Source: a bacterium
GTDB taxonomy: Bacteria; Zhuqueibacterota; Zhuqueibacteria; Residuimicrobiales; Krinioviventaceae
Length of the DNA stretch: 64,000 bases
Reading direction: 5' to 3'
NCBI GenBank assembly: GCA_963693055.1
Contig: OY843751.1
Coordinates: 2,848,001 to 2,912,000 of the forward strand
Position numbers and translations under genes: made by a program
Notes under the pieces: generated by a model
The model's input: only the letters and a program-made list of their open reading frames with translations
Database searches by the model: none
Told to the model about the DNA's origin: nothing
In this document: positions 37,419 to 46,085 of the stretch, in pieces
Layout: each line of letters starts with the position of its first letter
How positions within the stretch are numbered: the first letter of the stretch is position 1

Positions 37419-37889
37419 TTAATCGTTCAATGGTAACAAAAGTGATTCTGTATTGACTAAAAGGGCAACTTCATCAAGCAAACTAATTTCCTGCAATTTG
37501 TCTAGTTTATTAAAGTTTGCGCCCTCAACCGGGTAAACAAATTTAATCATTACAAACACCTCTTTATTACCCTCAACAATTTTATCTTTAGTGTTTGCGT
37601 TTTTCACGCCGCCTAAAACTTGCACCTCGTTAAAATTGATTTGAAATTTTTCATCTGCTTTTTGCAGTCGTGAAATTTTATTCATATCTTTGAATAAATT
37701 ATCACCTAAAGAAAATTCAAAAAACACAGTTACTATTGATTGAAACCTATTACCCAAGTCTTTTTTAGTTATATCAAATTTTTTTATGGTACCTGCTAAC
37801 TCAAGTTTATATCTATCGTTTTCCATTGTCCGCCGCTCCAAATCTGCATCTAAAATGCCCGCCGCCTTTAGGGGTCGGGCTGTACCCAA
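37419..37889 (-). CDS. Hypothetical protein (start probably MENDR)
   Basis: ORF. Confidence 0.55.
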   Translation of the reverse strand: MGTARPLKAAGILDADLERRTMENDRYKLELAGTIKKFDITKKDLGNRFQSIVTVFFEFSLGDNLFKDMNKISRLQKADEKFQINFNEVQVLGGVKNANTKDKIVEGNKEVFVMIKFVYPVEGANFNKLDKLQEISLLDEVALLVNTESLLLPLND

Positions 37890-38133
37890 GTTTTTTTAAT
37901 GATAATTCTGTTTTTACTGGGTCATCTATAAAAGTAGTTTTTAAACTAAAAAATTCGTCTTTATGTTGTAAACCTATCCACCACCAATTTTCCCCGTCTG
38001 GCATTTCAACAGGATTAAAAACCCAAAATTTAAACTTTTTGATTTTTTTTAAAAATTCTTGCCATGCTCCGTACTTTAATTCCAGAGGGTCAAGTTTGAA
38101 AAATATTCCGTTGTCAACTTCTTTAATCTGCAT
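37813..38133 (-). CDS. Hypothetical protein
   Basis: ORF. Confidence 0.5.
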   Translation of the reverse strand: MQIKEVDNGIFFKLDPLELKYGAWQEFLKKIKKFKFWVFNPVEMPDGENWWWIGLQHKDEFFSLKTTFIDDPVKTELSLKKLGYSPTPKGGGHFRCRFGAADNGKR

Positions 38134-38135
38134 GA

Positions 38136-38492
38136 TTAAAATTCTTTTCCGTGTTTATATGGTCGTGTTTCGTTATATCGCATTTTTGCAATAATTGCAT
38201 CTGCAAGGTCGATCTTGTGATATTGGCAGTAGTCCATCAAACGGATAACAACGTCCGCCGCTTCTAATTCGAGTTCATCAAATTCAGGAATCTTTTTACT
38301 TTCAGGATTTCCACCCCGCAAAGCCTCCAACATTTCCGATACCTCGGAATGTATTAAAGCAATACTTTCCCCATGTGTTGCGGGTTTATCCCACCACCCG
38401 GATTTACAAGCTGTTTTGTGTGCATGTTCTTGCACAATCTCAAAAATACCCTTAAAAGCATCCGTTAAACTATTTGTTAATTCCATTATCAA
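38136..38492 (-). CDS. MazG-like NTP pyrophosphohydrolase
   Basis: LIHSEVSEMLEA, ELEAADVVIR, KMRYNETRPYKHGK. Confidence 0.8.
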   Translation of the reverse strand: MIMELTNSLTDAFKGIFEIVQEHAHKTACKSGWWDKPATHGESIALIHSEVSEMLEALRGGNPESKKIPEFDELELEAADVVIRLMDYCQYHKIDLADAIIAKMRYNETRPYKHGKEF

Positions 38493-38519
38493 AACACCAT
38501 TCTATTTTAGTTAAGAGTT

Positions 38520-38541
38520 GCCCCGGATTCAATTCCGGGGC
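38520..38541. terminator. GC-rich hairpin after ssb
   Basis: gccccgga-ttcaat-tccggggc. Confidence 0.5.
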
Positions 38542-38562
38542 GGTTCACTGATTTACTGTTAA

Positions 38563-39015
38563 TTAAAAAGGCAAGTCGTCCGAATCGTTGTCGTAATTAT
38601 CTTGACTGTAGTTAGTCTGTGATGGTGGGTTTTGATGGCTTCTATTGCCTTGATTGTTATTTGTGCTGCTTTGGCTTGATTCTAAAATAGAAATGTGTTC
38701 CGCTTGAATCTCTGTCATATATCGTCTGGTGCCGTTATTGTCCTCCCATTGCCTTGTTTCAAGCCTACCGACAACGTGAATACGGTTCCCTTTTTTAGCA
38801 TAGCTATCCAGATATTCGGACATTTTACCCCAAACTACAACCCTTGACCATTCAGTTTTTTCTTGGTTTTGCCTGTCACTTGTTTTAAAACCTACGGATG
38901 TGGCTATAGAAATAGTTGCTACCGCTGTGCCGTTTGGGGTATATTTTAATTCAATATCTTGACCCAGCCTACCGATTAAAATAACTTGATTAAAACTACC
39001 GTTTTTATGATGCAT
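38563..39015 (-). CDS. ssb: Single-stranded DNA-binding protein
   Basis: NQVILIGRLG...DDLPF. Confidence 0.95.
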   Translation of the reverse strand: MHHKNGSFNQVILIGRLGQDIELKYTPNGTAVATISIATSVGFKTSDRQNQEKTEWSRVVVWGKMSEYLDSYAKKGNRIHVVGRLETRQWEDNNGTRRYMTEIQAEHISILESSQSSTNNNQGNRSHQNPPSQTNYSQDNYDNDSDDLPF

Positions 39016-39033
39016 TGTTAAAACTCTCCACTT

Positions 39034-39294
39034 TTATAATTCAAGCCTGATCTCTTGCACTTCATCAATAGTCAGGTAATGATATTCTTTTAAAATGAAA
39101 CATTCAGGGTTTACGCATCTGTAGGAATTGTAAACAGGGTCATAATTCATTTCGTTTTCGCAACCTGGGCACTCTACATATTCCCCGCCTGTACCATTAT
39201 AAAAATCAACGTTTGCTTGTTCCGCTACATCTTTACCACAAATCATTGTATTACTCATTTTTAAACCCCTTTTCCTCAAAGTTATTACTCCCAT
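39034..39294 (-). CDS. Zinc-ribbon protein
   Basis: CPGC...CVNPEC. Confidence 0.55.
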   Translation of the reverse strand: MGVITLRKRGLKMSNTMICGKDVAEQANVDFYNGTGGEYVECPGCENEMNYDPVYNSYRCVNPECFILKEYHYLTIDEVQEIRLEL

Positions 39295-39793
39295 TCAATA
39301 CGGCCCTTTCATGGCCTATATCATAGGTAAACATTTCCCCTGTAGATTCGTCATAAAATTCGCCCTTGCTTGGAATAATAATATTATGATTTTCTACCGC
39401 CCACTTTTGAATTGCAGGAAATGCGTTAATAATATCTGTTTTACCTATGTTCCCAATTTTAGCCATTGACCGCCGTTCACTTAACCCGGTAACCGGGTCG
39501 ATCTTTTCCGGGAAAAAATTTTGTTTCAAGAGTTCATGCAAATAGTCAAGATCCTCTTGTGTTTCATTACCCAGTAATTCCCGGCAAATAATACGTACTA
39601 CAACACCCCGAAAAAAACGCAACCACGCAAGGTCGAAATCATTATTTTCAACTGTATAAGAAATTTTAACCCGTGTGTTTATATGGGCTTTAGGGAATTC
39701 ATGCAACCCCTTACGGGCATCCGAATCTAAACGTATAGACCCGGTTTCATCAATAAAACCCCACCTTGCAATTGTGCGTTTAATTCGGGCCAT
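39251..39793 (-). CDS. Hypothetical protein, weakly NinB-like
   Basis: FFRGVV...LHELLK...WAVENHNIIIP. Confidence 0.45.
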   Translation of the reverse strand: MARIKRTIARWGFIDETGSIRLDSDARKGLHEFPKAHINTRVKISYTVENNDFDLAWLRFFRGVVVRIICRELLGNETQEDLDYLHELLKQNFFPEKIDPVTGLSERRSMAKIGNIGKTDIINAFPAIQKWAVENHNIIIPSKGEFYDESTGEMFTYDIGHERAVLNGSNNFEEKGFKNE

Positions 39794-39795
39794 TA

Positions 39796-40488
39796 TTAAT
39801 ATATCCTTGCTGACGGATTTTTTACAAGTTCAGCACCCGGTACAACGTCGCCTTGCTTTAAATTCTTTTTTATGTCAGTTAAATTAAAGTCTTTTTCCTT
39901 TACGATATGACACCCCAAAGATTCTATAAATTCATCAAGGCTATCTTGATCTGTAATAACTCTTGTTTCAATAATCTCAAGGGAGCCACCTACACGCAAA
40001 TATTTAACCATTTCTTCATAACTCATTTTTTGGGTGGTGAATTTGCGCAAGTAACTCACTGGAATTTGATTAGGTTCAATCATTTCAGCTTTTTCAGAAT
40101 ACACCAAGCGAACTTTTTTACCGCTTTCCGGACCAGAAATTTCTTTTTGGCCTGTTTTTTCCATATAATATGCCAAAGCATTTTTTAAAGATTTAATCTT
40201 GTTATCAATTGTTTTATGTTTTTTGCTGTATTGGTCGGCCCAATTTTTGTACTGATCTCGCTTAGTCTCAAGATCGGACAAGAAAAAGATATAATTGTCA
40301 ATTTTTTCAATGGCAAGGTCTACAATTCTTTGCCATTCTATTTCTTGTTCCTCTGTGAGCTCTCCATCACATTCAATTAACAGGGATTCCATTCTCTTAA
40401 ATTCTTCCCCATAATCAAATAAAGATTTTTTCTTTGGTTTATCAATTTTCTCAACCGGCGCCTGTAATACATCAATAATAGTTTCCAT
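39796..40488 (-). CDS. Siphovirus Gp157-like protein
   Basis: Coiled coil; IKKNLKQGDVVPGAEL C-terminus. Confidence 0.8.
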   Translation of the reverse strand: METIIDVLQAPVEKIDKPKKKSLFDYGEEFKRMESLLIECDGELTEEQEIEWQRIVDLAIEKIDNYIFFLSDLETKRDQYKNWADQYSKKHKTIDNKIKSLKNALAYYMEKTGQKEISGPESGKKVRLVYSEKAEMIEPNQIPVSYLRKFTTQKMSYEEMVKYLRVGGSLEIIETRVITDQDSLDEFIESLGCHIVKEKDFNLTDIKKNLKQGDVVPGAELVKNPSARIY

Positions 40489-40507
40489 GCTTTCAACCCT
40501 TTTTAGT

Positions 40508-41413
40508 TTAGTTAACTTTTTCTTTTTGTGCTTTTTCCTTGTTTACTTTAATGATAAGGTCACCCTCTTTTTTTAATGCTTTTAAAAATTTATCCTGATC
40601 TTTTGCCGGAATTTCTGTTGCGCTTTGCACACCAAAATCACCCAACACCTTTAAATACAAGCCGTGTACCCCGGTTTGTTCGAAAAACCAGTTGCGCCAT
40701 TTTTTAACACTTTCCTCAAAAGTTAAGGGCGCTTGAGAGGAACCATTGTTCCCATTTTTATTTCCGTTTTGATTTCCGTTAGGTTTTTTGTTTGGCTTGC
40801 CTTTTAAATTTCCATAACCCCGCCCATCATCATCAAACTCATTAGTAGCTAATCCAGTTATTGCAAGCAATGTATATCTTTTTAAATATGAATCTGTTGA
40901 ACCGATTCCTTGCATATCATTTTTACCGCCTGTTAGATCGGCCTTTGCATAAAGTGCAGTAGATTTACTATACCCCTGAATATGTGTTATTCTACATGTA
41001 ATTTTAATATAATTATCTGTTTGCTCTTGAATCCATTCATGAATTAAATCGTTTTCTGCTAAACCGTCAATTATTGCAGAAACAACATTACCAATAGAAG
41101 CATGGTCGTATTCGACAAGGGTACCATCTTTTTTCCTAAATTCAACATGCTTGTCTTTTACAATCCTCGGAGCATTCTTTTTAAATGCAATCATTGCAGT
41201 ATTGTAGGCTATTTCAGCGTCACGCTCTTCAAGACGTTGATGTAATTGAATGATTTTTTCAAGGCGCTCAACGTCAAGGTCTTTTTCCAACGCTAACGCA
41301 ATAACACCCGCTGCTGTAATGTTTTGCAATATAGCAGGGTCTATAATTTGCATATCTTGACTTGGTATAACTGTAGGTTTGGTTTCTTTTTTTTCTTCAC
41401 TCATAGTAAACAC
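40508..41413 (-). CDS. ERF-family single-strand annealing protein
   Basis: GGKNDMQGIGSTDSYLKRYTLLAITGL...DDDG. Confidence 0.88.
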   Translation of the reverse strand: MFTMSEEKKETKPTVIPSQDMQIIDPAILQNITAAGVIALALEKDLDVERLEKIIQLHQRLEERDAEIAYNTAMIAFKKNAPRIVKDKHVEFRKKDGTLVEYDHASIGNVVSAIIDGLAENDLIHEWIQEQTDNYIKITCRITHIQGYSKSTALYAKADLTGGKNDMQGIGSTDSYLKRYTLLAITGLATNEFDDDGRGYGNLKGKPNKKPNGNQNGNKNGNNGSSQAPLTFEESVKKWRNWFFEQTGVHGLYLKVLGDFGVQSATEIPAKDQDKFLKALKKEGDLIIKVNKEKAQKEKVN

Positions 41414-41416
41414 CTT

Positions 41417-41680
41417 TTAATTAATGCAAAAATTGCCAGTTAATTCTTTTACTTTTTCGGTTTGTGCGTTGTACTGGGTCAACAATCGTTCATCCCCGTA
41501 AACATCATAGCTTACTTGGGAAATGAAAAACTGTTTAACCCGTTCCCGCTGACTATCCATAACCCTGTATGTAATTTCCTTATCTGGATTTGCTTGCACT
41601 AAATCCCGTGTTACATTTCCGCTTTGCTCAAAGTCATCAATAAAGATTTCCATGATTTTTTCAATGCTTATTCTTTCCAT
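41417..41680 (-). CDS. Hypothetical protein
   Basis: ORF. Confidence 0.5.
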   Translation of the reverse strand: MERISIEKIMEIFIDDFEQSGNVTRDLVQANPDKEITYRVMDSQRERVKQFFISQVSYDVYGDERLLTQYNAQTEKVKELTGNFCIN

Positions 41681-41696
41681 GCTTTTACCCTTAAAA

Positions 41697-41954
41697 TTAA
41701 ATGAATTGTTTAACTTCGGTTTCTGTACCCTCTACAAATTCCAAAGGCTTGTATTGTGAAAAATTTTGTAATTTTAAATCAACCTCGTGACGCGAAAAAA
41801 CACCACAAACAGGAACAAAAACGCCCGTCTTAATCATTTGCAGTACCTTATTATCACCTACACCGGTTAAATAGATACATAATTCTGATTGGTTCAAGAA
41901 ATCTTGCTCTTGTAAATCCTTTTTTGTTAATCCTTTAACCCTTGCCCTGTTCAC
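41697..41954 (-). CDS. Excisionase-like winged-HTH protein
   Basis: FLNQSELCIYL...MIKTG...FSRHEVD. Confidence 0.5.
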   Translation of the reverse strand: MNRARVKGLTKKDLQEQDFLNQSELCIYLTGVGDNKVLQMIKTGVFVPVCGVFSRHEVDLKLQNFSQYKPLEFVEGTETEVKQFI

Positions 41955-42009
41955 CTTAAGCCCTCAATCTCAAAATAAATGTTGAATTATTAGAAATATT
42001 TATCTATAT

Positions 42010-42186
42010 TTATAAAGATTTTTGTTGTTCGAGTTCTGCAATTTTATCTTTTACTATTTGTTCATTTACATAACCCATCTTTAAACCTTGTTGGGTCAAT
42101 AGCTTTTTATATCTCTGTTTTAATTCCCTTGAAACCCAAAGCGGGGATTTTTTTTCAATATTTGAATTGGTTTTACTTTTTGACAT
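42010..42186 (-). CDS. 58-aa ribbon-helix-helix-like protein in the cro position (below the ORF-track cutoff)
   Basis: MSKSKTNSNIEKKSPLWVSRELKQRYKKLLTQQGLKMGYVNEQIVKDKIAELEQQKSL*, divergent from the repressor. Confidence 0.6.
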   Translation of the reverse strand: MSKSKTNSNIEKKSPLWVSRELKQRYKKLLTQQGLKMGYVNEQIVKDKIAELEQQKSL

Positions 42187-42351
42187 TTATTGACCTTTAT
42201 TTGTAATGTTTTGAAATATTACCAACAACTGTAAATAATTTAACAATATTTTTATTAATGTCAAGAATTATTTTAAATAATTACAAATAAAAATAAATAA
42301 AAATATTTATAATATAAACGATTAATTAATAATACTTTAAGTGGGGTCAAA

Positions 42352-42702
42352 ATGAAAGTTGAGACGAAAAGTTTAAAGAACGCAGTTGAATTGATTTTAC
42401 AAGAATTAAATACAACGCCTGATGAACTGGAAAAAATTACTGGGGTCTCAAGGGTTACAATATTTAATATTCTGAATTTGAAAAATCCAACTACTCAAAG
42501 GGGGGTCGCTCGGAAGTTAGCAGAAAAAACAGGGCATGCCTTAACGGTCAGTCCTAAAGGAATTTGTACATTTACAAAATTAACAGAAAATTCTAACGAA
42601 TTAAATCAAGATGAATTTGAATTAATTAAACTTTATCGGGGACATTCTCCCGAAATAAAGCAAGCGGTCAAGCACCTCTTGGGGTTGCGGGGCGATAACT
42701 AA
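42352..42702 (+). CDS. XRE-family repressor (cI-like, no S24 peptidase domain)
   Basis: TPDELEKITGVSRVTIFNI HTH; LNQDEFELIKLYR tail. Confidence 0.8.
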   Translation: MKVETKSLKNAVELILQELNTTPDELEKITGVSRVTIFNILNLKNPTTQRGVARKLAEKTGHALTVSPKGICTFTKLTENSNELNQDEFELIKLYRGHSPEIKQAVKHLLGLRGDN

Positions 42703-42722
42703 AAAGTGGGACGGGTAAAGAT

Positions 42723-43013
42723 ATGGAAATGAATGCAGACGAAAAGAGCATATTGCAAGCAATTAGTGGGAACAACATTAAATCACTGGTAATTTTTTTG
42801 GAATGTCTTGATAATTTTCAAGACATTGAAAAAGATTTATCTCAGGATCAAAAAAAGTTGATTCTTGGAATGGTTCATAAATGTTTAAATGTTGCTGATG
42901 TTTGTAATTGTAGGCTGGAGTTTGAAAGGATCACTAATAAAGAAACAGAATTAATACTGGAGGGTGTAGAATATGATTCAAAATTTTCACAAAAAAATTC
43001 AAAGTCTTTATAA
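42723..43013 (+). CDS. Hypothetical protein in the immunity operon
   Basis: ORF. Confidence 0.5.
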   Translation: MEMNADEKSILQAISGNNIKSLVIFLECLDNFQDIEKDLSQDQKKLILGMVHKCLNVADVCNCRLEFERITNKETELILEGVEYDSKFSQKNSKSL

Positions 43014-43527
43014 TGAAAACATTCAGGAAAACGAAACCTTGCTTTATTGTTTTCCGGGGCCAAAGAAACAAGGGTTATTTTGTACTGACAAAAAAGTGTT
43101 AATTTTAAAATCAGGATTTGATTATAGTGGTACAATTGTTACACAAATCCAATTAAAACAAATAACAGGGATAAAAATGTTTGAACCTGGGGGCATAAAT
43201 AGCATGTTTTCATTGCCGTATATTGAAATACAGTCTGCAAGCTATCAATCATTTTCAAATTATAGAAATGTCAAGGGAATTGTATCTGCACCTAATGGAA
43301 TTTGGTTTGAAAAACCGGGGCTTGTTGTAGAATATTTTTTCAAGGAATGGGCTTTCCAATTACAACAAATTATAGAGGAACAAGTCAAACCAAAATCAAA
43401 CCCCGCCCCGGAAAAAACCGGGGTTAATTCCATGAATGATCTTGAACGATTGGCGGAATTATATAGAGAGGGGCTTTTAACTGAAAGCGAATTTACAGCG
43501 GCAAAGGCAAAAGTTATAGGGGGTTAA
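42973..43527 (+). CDS. Bacterial PH-like domain plus SHOCT protein
   Basis: LFCTDKKVLI; LERLAELYREGLLTESEFTAAKAKVI. Confidence 0.8.
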   Translation: MIQNFHKKIQSLYNENIQENETLLYCFPGPKKQGLFCTDKKVLILKSGFDYSGTIVTQIQLKQITGIKMFEPGGINSMFSLPYIEIQSASYQSFSNYRNVKGIVSAPNGIWFEKPGLVVEYFFKEWAFQLQQIIEEQVKPKSNPAPEKTGVNSMNDLERLAELYREGLLTESEFTAAKAKVIGG

Positions 43528-43528
43528 T

Positions 43529-44680
43529 ATGGAACCTGTACCAGTCCGGGCAAAAGTTAGGGAGAGAAAAACAGGCTATCAATTTACAATTGTTTTCAAT
43601 AATGGTACTGAAAAATATTTCACAAAACAATGTACCGAACAAACAGCAAACGAAATCCTGTTAATGATTAAAAATAGAATAGCATTAAATACTTTTAATA
43701 TCAAAGATTTCCATTTAACTACAGAACGTTCTATTTCATTGCAATTATATGCAAATACGTATTTAACGTATAGAGAAAAATTAATTCCATCCGGAAAAAT
43801 CTCAATAGAGACATGGAAAAAAGATTATTATAGTTTTAAATTGTTTTCTGGTAAAGTTGGAAAAGGTATATTAATTACTGCCATTTCTCCAACGGTTGCA
43901 ATTGATTTTGTAAACAACCTAATTGATAATAATTACACCCCGTCATCAATAAACGGTTATGTTAAGCATTTACGGGCGGGGTTTAATTGGGGAGTGAAAA
44001 ACGGGAAATTAAAAAGTAATCCTTTTGAATCTGATGAAATCCCCCGGATAAAGCAGGAAAACAAAAAAAGAGTATTTACAAAAAATGAAATTAGTGATTA
44101 TATTAAACACACAAAAACATTGCCTACAAGGTGGAAATTAGACGTTTTTTTAATAGCACTCAATACAGGCTTGAGACGTTCCGAAATTTTCAAGTTAACT
44201 AAAAATGATTTAATTATAACACCAAAGCAAGGCGGGGGCAATATTTACAATTTGAGAGTACAACGAAAAGGAAATAAAATTCAAGTTGTACCCGTCCGGG
44301 GCAAAACAACACTATTAATAAAAGAACGTATTGAAATTTTAAACAACAAATATGAAACAACAAAGATCTTGAGGGCTTCCAAGCAGTCACAAAACCCTTT
44401 AGCAAAAGAACGATTAAAAGGCGGGTTTCTGTTTTTTGAGATCACAACACCCGCCGCAATCACAAGAGAAATCCGGGAAATTTTAGACCACTTGGGGATT
44501 AAAGCCCGGTTTCATGATTTACGTAAAACATACGGTACAGACCTCATTGAGCATGGTGCAACACTGGAAACCGCTTCAAAGCTGTTGGGCCATGCAGACC
44601 TACGCACAACACAAACCTTTTATACTGAAATCACAAGTAGTAAAATAATCCAAGAAATTCAAGACATCCCGGAATATTAA
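43529..44680 (+). CDS. int: Tyrosine integrase
   Basis: TGLRRSE, HDLRKTY, LLGH and catalytic Y. Confidence 0.95.
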   Translation: MEPVPVRAKVRERKTGYQFTIVFNNGTEKYFTKQCTEQTANEILLMIKNRIALNTFNIKDFHLTTERSISLQLYANTYLTYREKLIPSGKISIETWKKDYYSFKLFSGKVGKGILITAISPTVAIDFVNNLIDNNYTPSSINGYVKHLRAGFNWGVKNGKLKSNPFESDEIPRIKQENKKRVFTKNEISDYIKHTKTLPTRWKLDVFLIALNTGLRRSEIFKLTKNDLIITPKQGGGNIYNLRVQRKGNKIQVVPVRGKTTLLIKERIEILNNKYETTKILRASKQSQNPLAKERLKGGFLFFEITTPAAITREIREILDHLGIKARFHDLRKTYGTDLIEHGATLETASKLLGHADLRTTQTFYTEITSSKIIQEIQDIPEY

Positions 44681-44687
44681 CAGATTC

Positions 44688-44735
44688 GGGGGCAAGGCCG
44701 GGATTTGGGGGCATATAGGAGGCATTGCGGGGGCA
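44688..44735. repeat. Four GG(G/A)GGCA direct repeats, probable integrase arm-type sites
   Basis: At 44688, 44707, 44718 and 44729, between int and the tRNA. Confidence 0.55.
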
Positions 44736-44772
44736 AAAAAGAAAAAGGTCAAAGCTATTAACTTTGACCTTT
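44735..44772 (-). terminator. Terminator downstream of tRNA-Pro
   Basis: aaaggtcaaag/ctttgaccttt 11-bp stem plus U-run. Confidence 0.7.
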
Positions 44773-44790
44773 GTTTTTATTGCGTTTAAG

Positions 44791-44865
44791 TCGGGGCGAG
44801 AAGATTTGAACTTCCGACCCCTTGACCCCCAGTCAAGTGCGCTAACCGGGCTGCGCTACGCCCCG
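44791..44865 (-). tRNA. tRNA-Pro(GGG), CCA not encoded; prophage attachment site
   Basis: CGGGGCGTAGCGCAGCCCGGTTAGCGCACTTGACTGGGGGTCAAGGGGTCGGAAGTTCAAATCTTCTCGCCCCGA folds as a cloverleaf. Confidence 0.96.
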
Positions 44866-45239
44866 ACGTTATGGTTATTATTACTATCTATAATATCAAG
44901 CATTGCTTCAAGTTCAGCTTTAATATCTTTAATCAAATCGTCTCTTTTCAAACTTGAAAAAGATAACTGCAACTTGGGTTGTTGCTTGTTATTTTTCATT
45001 TTTATTAATCGCTGTTTAGCACCTTCAATTGTATATTTCTGCTGATACAATAATCGCTTAATAAGGAAAATGACTTGAATATCATTTTTTTTATAAATAC
45101 GATTTCCAGCTCGATTTTTAGCAGGTTTAAGTTCAGTAAATTCTGTTTCCCAATATCTCAAGACATAGGGCTTTAAACCAGTTATCTCGCTGACTTCAGC
45201 AATCGAATAATACAATTTTTTGATGGCTTTTTCTTCCAT
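44856..45239 (-). CDS. MerR-family transcriptional regulator
   Basis: YYSIAEVSEITGLKPYVLRYWETEF; start reassigned to MEEKA. Confidence 0.9.
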   Translation of the reverse strand: MEEKAIKKLYYSIAEVSEITGLKPYVLRYWETEFTELKPAKNRAGNRIYKKNDIQVIFLIKRLLYQQKYTIEGAKQRLIKMKNNKQQPKLQLSFSSLKRDDLIKDIKAELEAMLDIIDSNNNHNVGA

Positions 45240-45305
45240 CAACTTCCTCTTCAGAGGACCACATTCAAAATCAGAATTAGAAAATAATGATAATTGTGTC
45301 AATAA

Positions 45306-46082
45306 TCAAGTATTTTTTTTAGTATTTTTCCAAGATTGTTTTTTGACCATTACTGTTCCATTCGAACATATATTGATCATACTTTGCAAAATAAAATAAA
45401 TTCTCATATATTTCAAGTAAATTTTATTCATAAAAGTAGTTTTATTATCAAATAGATAAACACCAATCCTGGGTATTTTAAATTTATTTTCAGCAGCTGA
45501 CAAACTTTTCCCCATAATCACGCCGCCATTATATCCAACCTTGCGACATACCTCTATCACTGATTTATTGGTATTACCAAAAGGATAAGAAATATATGGG
45601 CAAAAGTTACTTACTTTATTCTTTAACACTTTTAATGAATCACTTAATTCATTGTATACCAAAGAATTAGGGATTTGCGTAAGGTCCATGTGTGACATGG
45701 TGTGTGAACCTATTTCCCAACCATCATCATCCAGCTCTGAAATTTGCTTCCAGGTTAGATGTGGAAATTTTATCCAACCGATATTTACATCCCACGTATT
45801 CATTTTACCACAGTAATCAGGATTAACGAACACTGTTGCCTTTAGTCCATATTTTTTCAGAATAGGATAAGCAAAAGTGAAAACAGATTCATAACCATCA
45901 TCAAAAGTAACAGCAATTCGCTTGTTGTTTGGCGAATTGCTGTTAAAGTAATCTGTTAAAGTATGGAACGTAAATCCTTGTTCAAGGGCCCATAGTACCT
46001 GGTTTTCAAATTGCTTTGGAGTAACACGTGTTATGCCAAAGTCAAAACGTGTATCTACCATATGGTATGCTAGAATACTCAA
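45306..46082 (-). CDS. Polysaccharide deacetylase (CE4/NodB)
   Basis: TFDDGY, IGSHTMSH, SYPFG. Confidence 0.9.
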   Translation of the reverse strand: MSILAYHMVDTRFDFGITRVTPKQFENQVLWALEQGFTFHTLTDYFNSNSPNNKRIAVTFDDGYESVFTFAYPILKKYGLKATVFVNPDYCGKMNTWDVNIGWIKFPHLTWKQISELDDDGWEIGSHTMSHMDLTQIPNSLVYNELSDSLKVLKNKVSNFCPYISYPFGNTNKSVIEVCRKVGYNGGVIMGKSLSAAENKFKIPRIGVYLFDNKTTFMNKIYLKYMRIYFILQSMINICSNGTVMVKKQSWKNTKKNT

Positions 46083-46085
46083 GAA

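Larger units (their letters stand above)
1..44790. mobile_element. Temperate siphovirus-like prophage integrated at tRNA-Pro; left end lies outside the window
   Basis: Ordered modules tail-head-terminase-replication-repressor-integrase abut the tRNA 3' end; host genes resume beyond the tRNA. Confidence 0.96.

Noticed and set aside
1-44790. Alternative genetic code or prophage decay
   Set aside because: Genes are intact and tightly packed under code 11; the only gap in the tail module is explained by the frameshift
44773-44830. Exact att core
   Set aside because: The second copy lies outside the window, so the core cannot be delimited
44725-45045. 106-aa plus-strand ORF
   Set aside because: Antisense to tRNA-Pro and merR; spurious
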